Below, in pieces: positions 53,423 through 62,698 of a stretch of 64,000 nt of DNA. The DNA comes from Acutalibacteraceae bacterium. Its GTDB lineage: Bacteria; Bacillota; Clostridia; Oscillospirales; Acutalibacteraceae. The position numbers and the translations under genes are program-made. The stretch is taken from NCBI GenBank assembly GCA_045644025.1, contig JAZRGE010000080.1:17691-81690 (forward strand), read 5' to 3'. Within the stretch, counting starts at the first letter, position 1. Each line of letters starts with the position of its first letter. Under the pieces are notes generated by a model. It made no database searches. It saw only the letters and a program-made list of their open reading frames with translations, and was not told the origin of the DNA.

Positions 53423-55786
53423 CTATTTCAACTCAGCTATCGTGACACCCATTTCGCCTTCCCCAAAAGTGCCCAGACGGAAGGTGCGCACGCTCTTGTG
53501 GCTTCTCAAATGGGCGTGCACCGCCTTTCGGAGCACTCCCGTGCCCTTACCGTGAATTATAGTGATGCTGCCCACTCCCGAAAGCAAGGCTTCATCAATA
53601 AATCTATCCAGCGCAAGCACTCCCTCATCGGAAGCAAAGCCCCTCAGATCCAGCTCGGCCGAAGCGGCGCGCTCGGCACGGGATTTAAGGCCGCTCACCG
53701 TGCGTGTGGGCGGCGCCATTTGTTTCTTCTTGGCAAAACGCAGATTAGAAAGAGGCACGCTCAGCTTCATTGCCCCGCAGGCCACTATTGCAGAGTTGCC
53801 CTTTATTTCAGCCACAACGGCGGCTCGGTTAACATCTGCAATCACCACGTTATCACCCACTTGGAACGGCCGCTCGGGCACATAGGTCTCGCCCACATCT
53901 TCGGGGGCAAGCGTGCCGCTTTCCAGTTCTTTTATGCCGCCCTTGGCAATACTCCTTGCCTGGGTGAGCATTTCAGCAGCGTTATCCTTCTTGGCTTCGC
54001 GGCGAAGCTTCTCAAGGCTATCCAATATCTCGTCGGCACCTCGGCGGGCCTTTTCTATCATTTCTTCGGCGCGAGCGTTGGCCTCTTTTATGATCTTTCT
54101 TGTTTCTTCCTCGCGCTTTTCGGCCTTGGTTCGTTCGTCTGCAGCAAGTTTCAGAGCTTCATCCCTTATCCTCTCGGCCTCTTCCTTAAGGATCTCGGCC
54201 TGCCTCTGGGATTCGGTGAGCTTGGCCACAACTCTCTCAAACCTTTGGGAATCTTCACTCACCAAGCCTTTTGCTTCATCAATAATACTCTTGGCTATAT
54301 TAAGCCTTTCGGAAATAGCAAAGGCATTGGAACTGCCCGGAACACCTATAAGCAATCTATAGGTGGGGCGCAGATTTTCCACATCAAACTCGCAGGATGC
54401 ATTCTGCACCCCCGGAGTATCCAGAGCAAAGGTCTTGAGTTCGGCATAGTGGGTGGTGGCAGCAATCACAGCACCGCAACGGCGCAGGTGAGATATCACG
54501 GCGGCGGCCAAAGCGGCTCCCTCCACGGGGTCGGTGCCCGCTCCCAATTCGTCCAGCAGCACCAGACTGCTGCTATCGGCCTTGGTAGTGATATCGGCGA
54601 TATTGCTCATATGAGAAGAGAAGGTGGAAAGAGATTGTTCGATGCTCTGCTCATCTCCGATATCCACCATTATGTTCTTAAAGAAGGAAACCTCACTGCC
54701 CTCGGCGGCAGGTATCATAAGTCCGCACATAGCCATAGCCGTGAGCAGACCTAAGGTTTTGAGTGAAACTGTCTTACCGCCTGTGTTGGGGCCTGTGATC
54801 ACCAGAGTATCATATTCCTTGCCCAAGGAAATATCGATGGGCACTATTTTATCCTTGGAAATAAGGGGATGGCGTGCTCTTTTAAGGCAGGTGATGCCAT
54901 CGGCATTCACCACGGGGCGGAACGCCTGCATACTAAAAGCTAATCGCGCCTTGGCAAAAATAAGATCCAGCTCCACCAAAGCATTATAGGATTTAAGTGT
55001 GACTTCGGAAAAAGTGGCAACTTCGGCCGAAAGATCCGAAAGTATGCGCTCGATCTCGTCTCGCTCCTTGGCCTGCAGAACTTTAAGATCGTTGTTGATC
55101 TCCACAACAGCCATAGGCTCCACAAAAAGAGTGGAACCGGAAGCCGAGATATCGTGCACCAAGCCGGGAACTTCGCCCTTAAACTCAGCCTTAACGGGCA
55201 CAACGTAGCGGCCATCGCGCTGGGTGACAAGGCCTTCCATAAGATATTTCTGGAAAGTCTTAGAACGGGTGAGACTATCCAGCTTATTGCGGATATCAGC
55301 AGCAGCCTTAAGCTTTTTGCGGCGGATATCAGCCAGAGCAGGCGATGCGTTATCGTTCATCTCCTCCGGTGTTTTAATGGCGGCGGTTATCTGCTCTTCC
55401 AGATATTTTATGGGATAAAGCTGTTCAAATATATTGTCGATAGAAGTCTGCCCCAAGCCTTGGGCATCTTCTTTCCACTCCTTAATGGTGCGCACGGTGC
55501 GAAGCACGTCGGCCACGTCCAGAAGCTCGCCCATAGAAAGCACACCGCCAAGGGCGGCTTTTGTGAGCTGAGCATTCACCGAGTGGATACCCCCAAAGGA
55601 AGGAGCACCTGCGCGGGAAAGAAGCATATGAGCATCAGTGGTTTCGTCCAGCAAGTGCAGCTGCCGCTCTAAGGTAGCTGCAGGTGTAAGTTCCCTTGCC
55701 TTTTCGGCAGCATCTGCCAAGGCCGCCTGATTGCTCAGCAGCTCCAGCACTTTATGGAATTCCAATGTTTTAAGATGCTTGTTCAT
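53423..55786 (-). CDS. mutS2: Endonuclease MutS2
   Basis: 787 aa. The Walker A motif is ITGPNTGGKT. A coiled-coil middle region is followed by a C-terminal Smr domain (ELDLRG....IIHGKGTGVLR). Confidence 0.95.
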   Translation of the reverse strand: MNKHLKTLEFHKVLELLSNQAALADAAEKARELTPAATLERQLHLLDETTDAHMLLSRAGAPSFGGIHSVNAQLTKAALGGVLSMGELLDVADVLRTVRTIKEWKEDAQGLGQTSIDNIFEQLYPIKYLEEQITAAIKTPEEMNDNASPALADIRRKKLKAAADIRNKLDSLTRSKTFQKYLMEGLVTQRDGRYVVPVKAEFKGEVPGLVHDISASGSTLFVEPMAVVEINNDLKVLQAKERDEIERILSDLSAEVATFSEVTLKSYNALVELDLIFAKARLAFSMQAFRPVVNADGITCLKRARHPLISKDKIVPIDISLGKEYDTLVITGPNTGGKTVSLKTLGLLTAMAMCGLMIPAAEGSEVSFFKNIMVDIGDEQSIEQSLSTFSSHMSNIADITTKADSSSLVLLDELGAGTDPVEGAALAAAVISHLRRCGAVIAATTHYAELKTFALDTPGVQNASCEFDVENLRPTYRLLIGVPGSSNAFAISERLNIAKSIIDEAKGLVSEDSQRFERVVAKLTESQRQAEILKEEAERIRDEALKLAADERTKAEKREEETRKIIKEANARAEEMIEKARRGADEILDSLEKLRREAKKDNAAEMLTQARSIAKGGIKELESGTLAPEDVGETYVPERPFQVGDNVVIADVNRAAVVAEIKGNSAIVACGAMKLSVPLSNLRFAKKKQMAPPTRTVSGLKSRAERAASAELDLRGFASDEGVLALDRFIDEALLSGVGSITIIHGKGTGVLRKAVHAHLRSHKSVRTFRLGTFGEGEMGVTIAELK

Positions 55787-55789
55787 TCT

Positions 55790-56539
55790 TTATACTCCCA
55801 AGCTATGATAAAAATCCAGAGTGGTGAATCCTCTTTCCACCTGATTCTTCAGATATTTTTCGCTGATATTTGCTAATTGCACCGCCTGAGGCGCAGGAAG
55901 AGAGAAATTATATAATTTAGAGAATTCGGAATAAATAACGTGGCGCATTGCAGCAAGCACACCGGGAGGCAAAGGCAGCGCATCAGGAGGGCAGACAGCC
56001 GCACATTGGCCGCAATAAATGGCACCCTCCAAGCTATCAAACCACATCTCATTTGCCTCGAACTCGCCGCAGGCTGCGCAGGCCACCAAATCGGGTGTGT
56101 AGCCCGCCGATGCTATCAGCCGCAGCTCTGTAACGGCCTTTATGATATTTATATCCCGCTTATCCGTGGCTAAAAAATGCAAGGAATTAAGCAACGTGCG
56201 GAGTATTACCTCCGATTCTATGCCTTCGGGCACAAGTTCGGCAGCCAACTGGCAAAAATATTGCGCCAACGAAAGCTTCACAATATCGCTTCTTAAGGAA
56301 AAGAAGACTTCATTAGGGGTGGCTTCATCCACGCTGTATGTATCCTTGTTCTTAAAGATGACAAAGGAGGAATAGCAGAGCAACTCGGTGGCAGCGGCGC
56401 TTCGGCTCTTTATCTTCCGCGCACCGTTGGCAAAGGCTTTTATCACGCCTTTGTCTCTTGTGAGGATGGTGATCAAACGGTTGCTTTCGCCCGTGTTCTT
56501 TTCGCCTATCACCAAGCCGTCAACAACCAGCTTCAACAC
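55790..56539 (-). CDS. recO: DNA repair protein RecO
   Basis: 249 aa with an OB-fold N-terminus and a CxxC....CxxC zinc motif (CAACGEF....CGQC). A GTG start follows GGGGAGGA. Confidence 0.9.
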   Translation of the reverse strand: MLKLVVDGLVIGEKNTGESNRLITILTRDKGVIKAFANGARKIKSRSAAATELLCYSSFVIFKNKDTYSVDEATPNEVFFSLRSDIVKLSLAQYFCQLAAELVPEGIESEVILRTLLNSLHFLATDKRDINIIKAVTELRLIASAGYTPDLVACAACGEFEANEMWFDSLEGAIYCGQCAAVCPPDALPLPPGVLAAMRHVIYSEFSKLYNFSLPAPQAVQLANISEKYLKNQVERGFTTLDFYHSLGV

Positions 56540-56636
56540 CTTTTTCCTCCCCGTTTTGCCTTTCGTGGCAGATGTTCAAATAGCTTTCCACGCTGCCCGT
56601 GGCAAAAAATTCTTCCCAAAGCTCCTGCTCGCTCAT
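56520..56636 (-). CDS. yqzL: YqzL-family small protein (38 aa)
   Basis: This ORF is below the ORF-track cutoff: MSEQELWEEFFATGSVESYLNICHERQNGEEKGVEAGC. It has the W..F..TG....YL signature and the conserved era-yqzL-recO position. GAGGTGA is the RBS. It overlaps recO by 20 nt. Confidence 0.6.
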   Translation of the reverse strand: MSEQELWEEFFATGSVESYLNICHERQNGEEKGVEAGC

Positions 56637-56695
56637 AATATCACCTCAATAATATTTTGAGCGGCGAAGAAATTTATATTATAGGTAAAATTAGC

Positions 56696-57622
56696 CTATT
56701 GCACGTCCAGCCCAAATCCGTGGATAAGGCCTTGGCGATTGCGCCAATCTTCCTTCACCTTCACCCAAAGCTCCACGTTGGCACGGCAGCCGAAAAATCT
56801 TTCGATATCGGCACGGGCCTCCGTTCCGATCCTCTTAAGCATAGCTCCGCCCTTACCAATCACAATGCCCTTGTGGCTCTCTTTTTCGCAATAGATAGTG
56901 GCCGAAACCTGCAGCAGCGGTTCGCCCTTGGCATCGTCTTTCTCAAAGAATCTTTCCAGATCCACGGCCACGCCGTGAGGCACTTCCTTATCCAGGCGGC
57001 GAAGGATCTTTTCTCTTATAATTTCACACACCATTGTGCGCTCGGGCTGATCGGTAAACGTATCGGCATCAAAATAATGGGGAGAAGGCTTGGCAAACTG
57101 ATAAAGCTCGCCCACCAGCGCGCCCACACCGTCGTTGCTTTTGGCCGAAAGGGGCACAACTGCGGCAAAATCATACTTATTTGTGTAGAGCATAATCACA
57201 GGCAAAAGCTGCTCCTTATCCTTCACAAGGTCTATCTTATTAAGCGCAAGAACAACCGGCATCTTCTTTTCAAAAAGCCTGCCCAGCAGCTCTTCTTCGG
57301 CAGCAGGGATCTCACCATCGTAATCTCTGGAGGCATCGGCCACAAAAATGGCCGCATCCACATCGCTGATGCCCTGAGCCACAGCCTTTATCATATTCTC
57401 GCCAAGCAACGTTTTGGGCCTGTGAAAACCGGGAGTATCAATAAACACAAGTTGTGTCTCCTCTTTTGTGAGCACGCCCATAATTTTTGTGCGGGTAGTT
57501 TGCGGCTTGGAAGAAACGATAGCAACCTTTTGGCCAACGGCCTTATTCACAAAAGAAGATTTACCCACGTTGGGGCGGCCTACAACGGCAACAAACGCCG
57601 CTTTCTGATTATTCTCTTTCAA
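56696..57622 (-). CDS. era: GTPase Era
   Basis: G1 is GRPNVGKSS, G3 is DTPG, G4 is NKID, and a KH domain is present. The start was moved to the TTG at 57622, 7 nt after GGAGGAG. The longer ORF would overlap ybeY. Confidence 0.9.
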   Translation of the reverse strand: MKENNQKAAFVAVVGRPNVGKSSFVNKAVGQKVAIVSSKPQTTRTKIMGVLTKEETQLVFIDTPGFHRPKTLLGENMIKAVAQGISDVDAAIFVADASRDYDGEIPAAEEELLGRLFEKKMPVVLALNKIDLVKDKEQLLPVIMLYTNKYDFAAVVPLSAKSNDGVGALVGELYQFAKPSPHYFDADTFTDQPERTMVCEIIREKILRRLDKEVPHGVAVDLERFFEKDDAKGEPLLQVSATIYCEKESHKGIVIGKGGAMLKRIGTEARADIERFFGCRANVELWVKVKEDWRNRQGLIHGFGLDVQ

Positions 57623-57623
57623 A

Positions 57624-58127
57624 TTACTGCTCCTCCATAACATAGCTTTCATTTCTGGGAAGGCCGAGCTGCATCATAACGGCTTCTTCGTGCTCTCTCA
57701 TACGCACAGCCTCCATACCGCCGTTCACGTGATCATAGCCCAGCAGATGAAGCATGGAATGAACGGTGAGATAGGCCATCTCCCTTTGGAAGGAGTGGCC
57801 GTATTCCTCGGCCTGCTGAACAGCTCGGGGCACCGAGATCACTATATCGCCCAGCTGATAGTTGCCTGTCTCAAAATCAATATCGTAAACGCCGCCCTCA
57901 CCCAGGGGGAAGGAAAGCACATCGGTGGGAGCATCCACGTTGCGATGCTTCAGGTTCAGCTCATGAATGGCTTCACCGTTCACAAGGGTCACGTACACAT
58001 CGGCATTGCCTTGAAATTCTTCCTGAATAAGCACGGCATTGCAAGCCTTACGTATAAGCAGCTTTATGCCTGCGGGAAGTTTAACGTCTTTTTGTTCGTT
58101 GCTGATATGCACCTTGGCTTTTTCCAT
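57624..58127 (-). CDS. ybeY: rRNA maturation RNase YbeY
   Basis: The zinc motif HSMLHLLGYDH is present. Length is 167 aa. Confidence 0.9.
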   Translation of the reverse strand: MEKAKVHISNEQKDVKLPAGIKLLIRKACNAVLIQEEFQGNADVYVTLVNGEAIHELNLKHRNVDAPTDVLSFPLGEGGVYDIDFETGNYQLGDIVISVPRAVQQAEEYGHSFQREMAYLTVHSMLHLLGYDHVNGGMEAVRMREHEEAVMMQLGLPRNESYVMEEQ

Positions 58128-58145
58128 TTTAATTTCCCCTTTCGG

Positions 58146-59105
58146 TCATTTTGAAGCGGCACTTTTTTCATATGCCTTAATTATATCCTGCACCAGCTTG
58201 TGGCGCACAACATCCTTATCGTTTAATCTCACAATGGCAATGTCCTTAACGTTTTTAAGCACGCCCACGGCCTCCTTAAGTCCGCTCTTTTTGCCATCGG
58301 GCAGATCTATCTGGGTGATATCACCCGTAACCACTATCTTGGAGCCAAAGCCTAAGCGAGTGAGAAACATCTTCATCTGCTCACAGGTGGTGTTCTGCGC
58401 TTCATCCAATATCACAAAGCTTTCATCCAGCGTGCGGCCGCGCATATAGGCCAGAGGAGCTACCTCTATCTCGCCCCTTTCGTGGCAACGGGCAAAATTC
58501 TCGCTGCCCATCATATCAAAAAGGGCATCGTAAAGCGGGCGCAGATATGGATCTATCTTCTGCTGCAGATCACCGGGCAAAAAGCCCAGCTTTTCTCCTG
58601 CTTCCACCGCAGGTCGGGTGAGAATGATTCGGCTTACTTCCTTAGCACGGAAGGCGGCCACGGCCTGAGCCACGGCAAGATAAGTCTTACCCGTGCCTGC
58701 AGGGCCCACTCCTATCGTGATGGTGTTTTCTTTTATAGCCTTAACGTATTTGTGCTGGCCGATAGTCTTAGCCTTAATGGGCTTACCCTTGGTGGTGATA
58801 AGCACACAATCGGAATCTGTGATGGCAGGAAGCTCTTCCTCGGCACCATCATCCACAACCGAAGCAATATAACCAACGGCACGGGCATCCAACTGCTCTC
58901 CTGCGGCAATATATTTGATCATATTTTCCACAGCCTTTTTGGCATCGGCGCAGGCAGCCTCACTGCCCAGAATACGCACTTGGCCGCCACGGGTGATGAT
59001 CTTCACGCCGTATCTTTCCTCGATGCTGCGCACGTTGCTATCCATTTCACCGAAAAGGGCACTGAGTTCATCGGCTCTTTCTATCTCCACAAATGCTTCT
59101 GCCAT
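58146..59105 (-). CDS. phoH: PhoH-family ATPase
   Basis: The Walker A motif is GPAGTGKTYLAV. ILDEAQN and VVTGDITQIDLP are also present. Confidence 0.9.
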   Translation of the reverse strand: MAEAFVEIERADELSALFGEMDSNVRSIEERYGVKIITRGGQVRILGSEAACADAKKAVENMIKYIAAGEQLDARAVGYIASVVDDGAEEELPAITDSDCVLITTKGKPIKAKTIGQHKYVKAIKENTITIGVGPAGTGKTYLAVAQAVAAFRAKEVSRIILTRPAVEAGEKLGFLPGDLQQKIDPYLRPLYDALFDMMGSENFARCHERGEIEVAPLAYMRGRTLDESFVILDEAQNTTCEQMKMFLTRLGFGSKIVVTGDITQIDLPDGKKSGLKEAVGVLKNVKDIAIVRLNDKDVVRHKLVQDIIKAYEKSAASK

Positions 59106-59205
59106 AATGCCTCCCGAAATGCATATAATTCTACAAATTTATCTTACCACAAATATAAATTTATCTCAATAATTTTTAGCGGGAAAAATTTCCGTTTTCG
59201 GGAGA

Positions 59206-59240
59206 AAATAAAAAAAACAGAACACCAAAGTGTTCTGTTC
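59206..59240 (-). terminator. Rho-independent terminator directly after the 5S rRNA gene
   Basis: On the minus strand AACAGAACAC-TTTG-GTGTTCTGTT is followed by TTTTTTATTTT (plus-strand coordinates 59216-59239, with the A-run at 59208-59217). Confidence 0.85.
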
Positions 59241-59249
59241 TTCATTAGT

Positions 59250-59365
<116 letters not shown>

Positions 59366-59395
59366 TATTTGCGGCCTTTTTCGGTCGCAAGGAGT

Positions 59396-59424
59396 ATATT
59401 ATCACAACATTATTCAAAATGCAA
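59396..59424 (-). promoter_or_regulatory. Sigma-A-type promoter dedicated to the 5S gene
   Basis: Minus strand reads TTGCAT (59424-59419), a 17-nt spacer, then TAATAT (59401-59396). It lies about 30 nt upstream of the 5S 5' end. Confidence 0.6.
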
Positions 59425-59454
59425 GAACTTTTTTTAATTTTTTTGAAAAAATTT

Positions 59455-60144
59455 TCAAAAATCGAAAATATCCCTGAATTCTGCCGATTGAGCCATAGAA
59501 ACGTAGTCGTCATTGGCCACTATAATATGGTCCAGAAGCGATACTCCGATAGATTTCATTGCCGCCGATACCTTCTTAGTGGATTCCACGTCGCCGGGAG
59601 AAGGAATCGCCACACCTCCCGGATGATTATGAGCCAACACCACGCAGGTGGCTCCCGTTTTAAGCACCGTTTCCACCAGCTTTCTTGTGCTCACGCCTAC
59701 CGAGTTCATATCTCCGTCGGCCACATTCACACAGGCAAGGAATTTGCAACGGTTGTCCATACACAGCAAAAGAGTCTTTTCTTCTGTAAGCCCTATGAAG
59801 TTGCTCAAAAGAAAACTGCCGCAAAGATCAGCAGAATCCAATATCATATCGGGGCTACCCTTGCTGGCGGCATAATATCTCGCCACGGGAAGAAAAGTCT
59901 TGAGCAACACGGCAGTGTTGTAGCCAATACCGGGCACTTTGCACAGCTCTTCTATAGGCGCATCCAGCACGGCGTGGAACGAACCGAAGCGGTTAAGCAG
60001 GTTATGAGCCAATTCGTTGGTATCCTTCCTGGGAATGGCATAAAACAATATCAGCTCCAGAACGTTGTGAGGATAAAACGTTTCCAAGCCGTTTTCTAGG
60101 AATCTGTTTCTTAATCTGTCTCTATGACCATCGTGTAGACCCAA
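59455..60144 (-). CDS. radC: RadC-family JAB-domain protein
   Basis: GHRDRLRNRF, a HhH region (IEELCKVPGIGYNTA) and the JAMM motif VVLAHNHPGGVAIPSPGD are present. The start is a TTG. Confidence 0.85.
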   Translation of the reverse strand: MGLHDGHRDRLRNRFLENGLETFYPHNVLELILFYAIPRKDTNELAHNLLNRFGSFHAVLDAPIEELCKVPGIGYNTAVLLKTFLPVARYYAASKGSPDMILDSADLCGSFLLSNFIGLTEEKTLLLCMDNRCKFLACVNVADGDMNSVGVSTRKLVETVLKTGATCVVLAHNHPGGVAIPSPGDVESTKKVSAAMKSIGVSLLDHIIVANDDYVSMAQSAEFRDIFDF

Positions 60145-60222
60145 AAATTATCATTCCTTCAAAATTTGCTCTTTTTTATCTTAAATATCTGTGGTATAAT
60201 ACATCGCAAAGGTGGTGTGCAG

Positions 60223-61194
60223 ATGAAGACCTACGATGTTGGCCCTAAGGAAGCAGGAGCAAGGCTGGATAAGTTTGTGCTTAAAAAGGCGGCCAAACTT
60301 CCGAAATCCCTTCTATACAAATATTTCCGCAAGGGAGATATCAAGGTAAACGGCAAGCGTTGCCGCGATTTTTCCGTTTCGGTGGCTGATGGGGACGTTG
60401 TGGACATCTACATACCCGACGAGTTCTTCATAAAGGAGACCCCCAACTACGATTTTTTAAGTGCATCCAAAGATCTGAAAATAGTCTTTGAAGATGAAAA
60501 TATAATCATAGCCGATAAGCAACCCGGTGTGCTCTGCCACCCTGCCAAGGGGCAATACACCGATACTCTGCTCTCACGGGTTTGCCGTTATCTCTATGAA
60601 AAAGGGGAATACAATCCCGATGAGGGCTACACCCCTGCCCTTGCTAACCGCATAGACAGAGGCACGGGCGGCCTGGTGCTGCTTGCCAAAAATCCTGCCG
60701 CGCTTCGTTCCCTTTGCCGCAGAATAAAGGAGCACACCATAGAAAAGCACTATTTAGCCGCTCTCACGGGCACCATGAACAAATCGGGCGGTGAGATGCA
60801 CGGATTTCTTTCAAAAAACAGCGCTAAGAATAAAGTCTCACTCACATCTGATCCCGATGCCTACGAAGCACGGCTCAGCTATGAGGTACTGCTGGCAGAT
60901 AGGGGCAAGACTTTGGTGGATATCCATCTTATCACCGGATTTTCCCACCAGATACGCGTGCAGTTTTCTTCGGCAGGCTATCCGCTTGTGGGCGATATGA
61001 AGTATGGCGCCGCTCATCACGGAAGCGGCATTTCCCGCCAGGCTCTTTATTCCTGGAGGCTCACCTTCTGCCCCGAAAAAGAAGAAGATATTTTATCCTA
61101 CTTAAACGGTCGCAGCTTCTATGCCGCCGAAATCCCCTTTGTGAAGGAGCATTTCGGCATTAGTTCTGCCAATATTTCCTATCAAGGCTCCTAA
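60223..61194 (+). CDS. RluA-family (RluC/D-like) 23S rRNA pseudouridine synthase with S4 domain
   Basis: An S4 domain (ARLDKFV) and the catalytic motif ANRIDRGTGGLVLLAK are present. The start is set at the ATG at 60223 after GGTGGTG. Confidence 0.85.
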   Translation: MKTYDVGPKEAGARLDKFVLKKAAKLPKSLLYKYFRKGDIKVNGKRCRDFSVSVADGDVVDIYIPDEFFIKETPNYDFLSASKDLKIVFEDENIIIADKQPGVLCHPAKGQYTDTLLSRVCRYLYEKGEYNPDEGYTPALANRIDRGTGGLVLLAKNPAALRSLCRRIKEHTIEKHYLAALTGTMNKSGGEMHGFLSKNSAKNKVSLTSDPDAYEARLSYEVLLADRGKTLVDIHLITGFSHQIRVQFSSAGYPLVGDMKYGAAHHGSGISRQALYSWRLTFCPEKEEDILSYLNGRSFYAAEIPFVKEHFGISSANISYQGS

Positions 61195-62689
61195 ACTGAA
61201 GCGCCTCGGCCACGTGGGGAGCATCTATAAGCTCTGCAGCTTCCAGATCCGCAATTGTGCGGGCCACTTTAAGGATCCTATCGTAGGCCCTGCCCGACAT
61301 TCCCATTTTATCAAAAGCTGTTCTGAGCACAGCCGAAGCCGATTCGGTGAGAACACAATATTTTTGCATTAAAGCCGGTGTCAGCCTTGCATTGCAGGTG
61401 ATGCCGGTTTCTTTATATCTTTCGGCCTGAATAAATCTGGCCTTTTCAACCCTTGCACGAATAGAAGCGGATGCTTCTTCCTTTGAGCGGCTGCTCAAAG
61501 AATCGTAATCCACGGGCGGCACTTCAACGTGCAGATCCATTCTATCCACCATCGGGCCCGAGATTCGGCTTAGATATTTAGCCACACCCTGAGCCGAGCA
61601 GGTGCATTTTTTGGTGGGATGGCCAAAATATCCACAACGGCAAGGGTTCATTGCGGCCACCACCGTGACAGCGCAAGGATAACTCACCGCCGCCTGAGCG
61701 CGGGAGATTGTGATCCTACCGTCTTCCATAGGTTGGCGCAATGTTTCCAACGATTTGGGGGCAAATTCGGGCAGTTCATCCAAAAAGAGCACGCCGTTGT
61801 GGGCAAGAGAAACCTCGCCAGGGCGCGGCACGGCACCGCCTCCCGAAAGGCCTGCGGAAGATACGGTGTGATGGGGTGAGCGGAAGGGCCTGCGAGTGAC
61901 AAGAGCCGAGCCCTTGGGCAGGCTTCCTGCCACGGAATAGACTTTGGTTGTCTCCACCATTTCTTCAAACGTCATTTTAGGCAGAATAGAAGGCAGGCGC
62001 TTGGCCAGCATACTTTTACCCGAGCCGGGCGGGCCGATAAGCAGCACGTTGTGGCCGCCTGCAGCCGATATCTCCATGGCTCTCTTGGCCATTCTCTGGC
62101 CTTTAACCTCGGCAAAATCGGCCGAGTCCCAAAGAGATTCTTCGGCATAATCCGAGGCCACGCAGCATTCAATATGGGCACCGCGGGCAAGATGCTGCAC
62201 CAGCTGGCCCACGTTATCCACGGGATAGACCTTCACTTCTCCGCAAACAGCGGCAGCCTCGGCGGCGTTCTCCCTGGGCACATAGAAACGTTTTATTCCT
62301 AAATCAGCGGCCGAAGCGCACATAGAAAGTACGCCGTTTATGGCCTTTACTTCGCCGTTGAGCGCCAGTTCACCCACGAATGCAGCATCGGTCAGATCGC
62401 ATTCCAGCTGCCCTGCTGCCAAGAGCAAGGAGAGCAGAATAGGCAGATCATATACCGAGCCTGCTTTTCGCACGTCGGCAGGAGAAAGGTTCACTGTGAT
62501 TCGGGAAATGGGAAACTTAAAGCCGCAGTTCTTAATAGCGGCGCGCACTCTGTCCCTTGATTCGCGAACAGATGCATCGGGCAGGCCCACAATATCAAAG
62601 GCAGGAAGGCCGCCCGAAATATCGGTCTCTATCTCCACCTTGTAGGCGTCGATGCCGCAAATACCAAAACTGTTTATTCTTGTAAACAC
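61160..62689 (-). CDS. comM: YifB/ComM-family Mg-chelatase-like AAA+ ATPase
   Basis: 509 aa. A Lon-like N-terminus (FDIVGLPDASVRESRDRV) is followed by Walker A (LIGPPGSGKS), GVLFLDELPEF and a C-terminal Mg-chelatase domain. Confidence 0.9.
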   Translation of the reverse strand: MFTRINSFGICGIDAYKVEIETDISGGLPAFDIVGLPDASVRESRDRVRAAIKNCGFKFPISRITVNLSPADVRKAGSVYDLPILLSLLLAAGQLECDLTDAAFVGELALNGEVKAINGVLSMCASAADLGIKRFYVPRENAAEAAAVCGEVKVYPVDNVGQLVQHLARGAHIECCVASDYAEESLWDSADFAEVKGQRMAKRAMEISAAGGHNVLLIGPPGSGKSMLAKRLPSILPKMTFEEMVETTKVYSVAGSLPKGSALVTRRPFRSPHHTVSSAGLSGGGAVPRPGEVSLAHNGVLFLDELPEFAPKSLETLRQPMEDGRITISRAQAAVSYPCAVTVVAAMNPCRCGYFGHPTKKCTCSAQGVAKYLSRISGPMVDRMDLHVEVPPVDYDSLSSRSKEEASASIRARVEKARFIQAERYKETGITCNARLTPALMQKYCVLTESASAVLRTAFDKMGMSGRAYDRILKVARTIADLEAAELIDAPHVAEALQFRSLDRKYWQN

Positions 62690-62698
62690 AGCAATCCC

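Noticed and set aside
59182-59206. Alternative 5-bp pairings CGGGA/TTCCG/CGGGA between the 5S terminator and phoH, considered as an attenuator.
   Set aside because: The stems are only 5 bp and include a wobble pair. There is no associated leader peptide or T-run. This is indistinguishable from chance.
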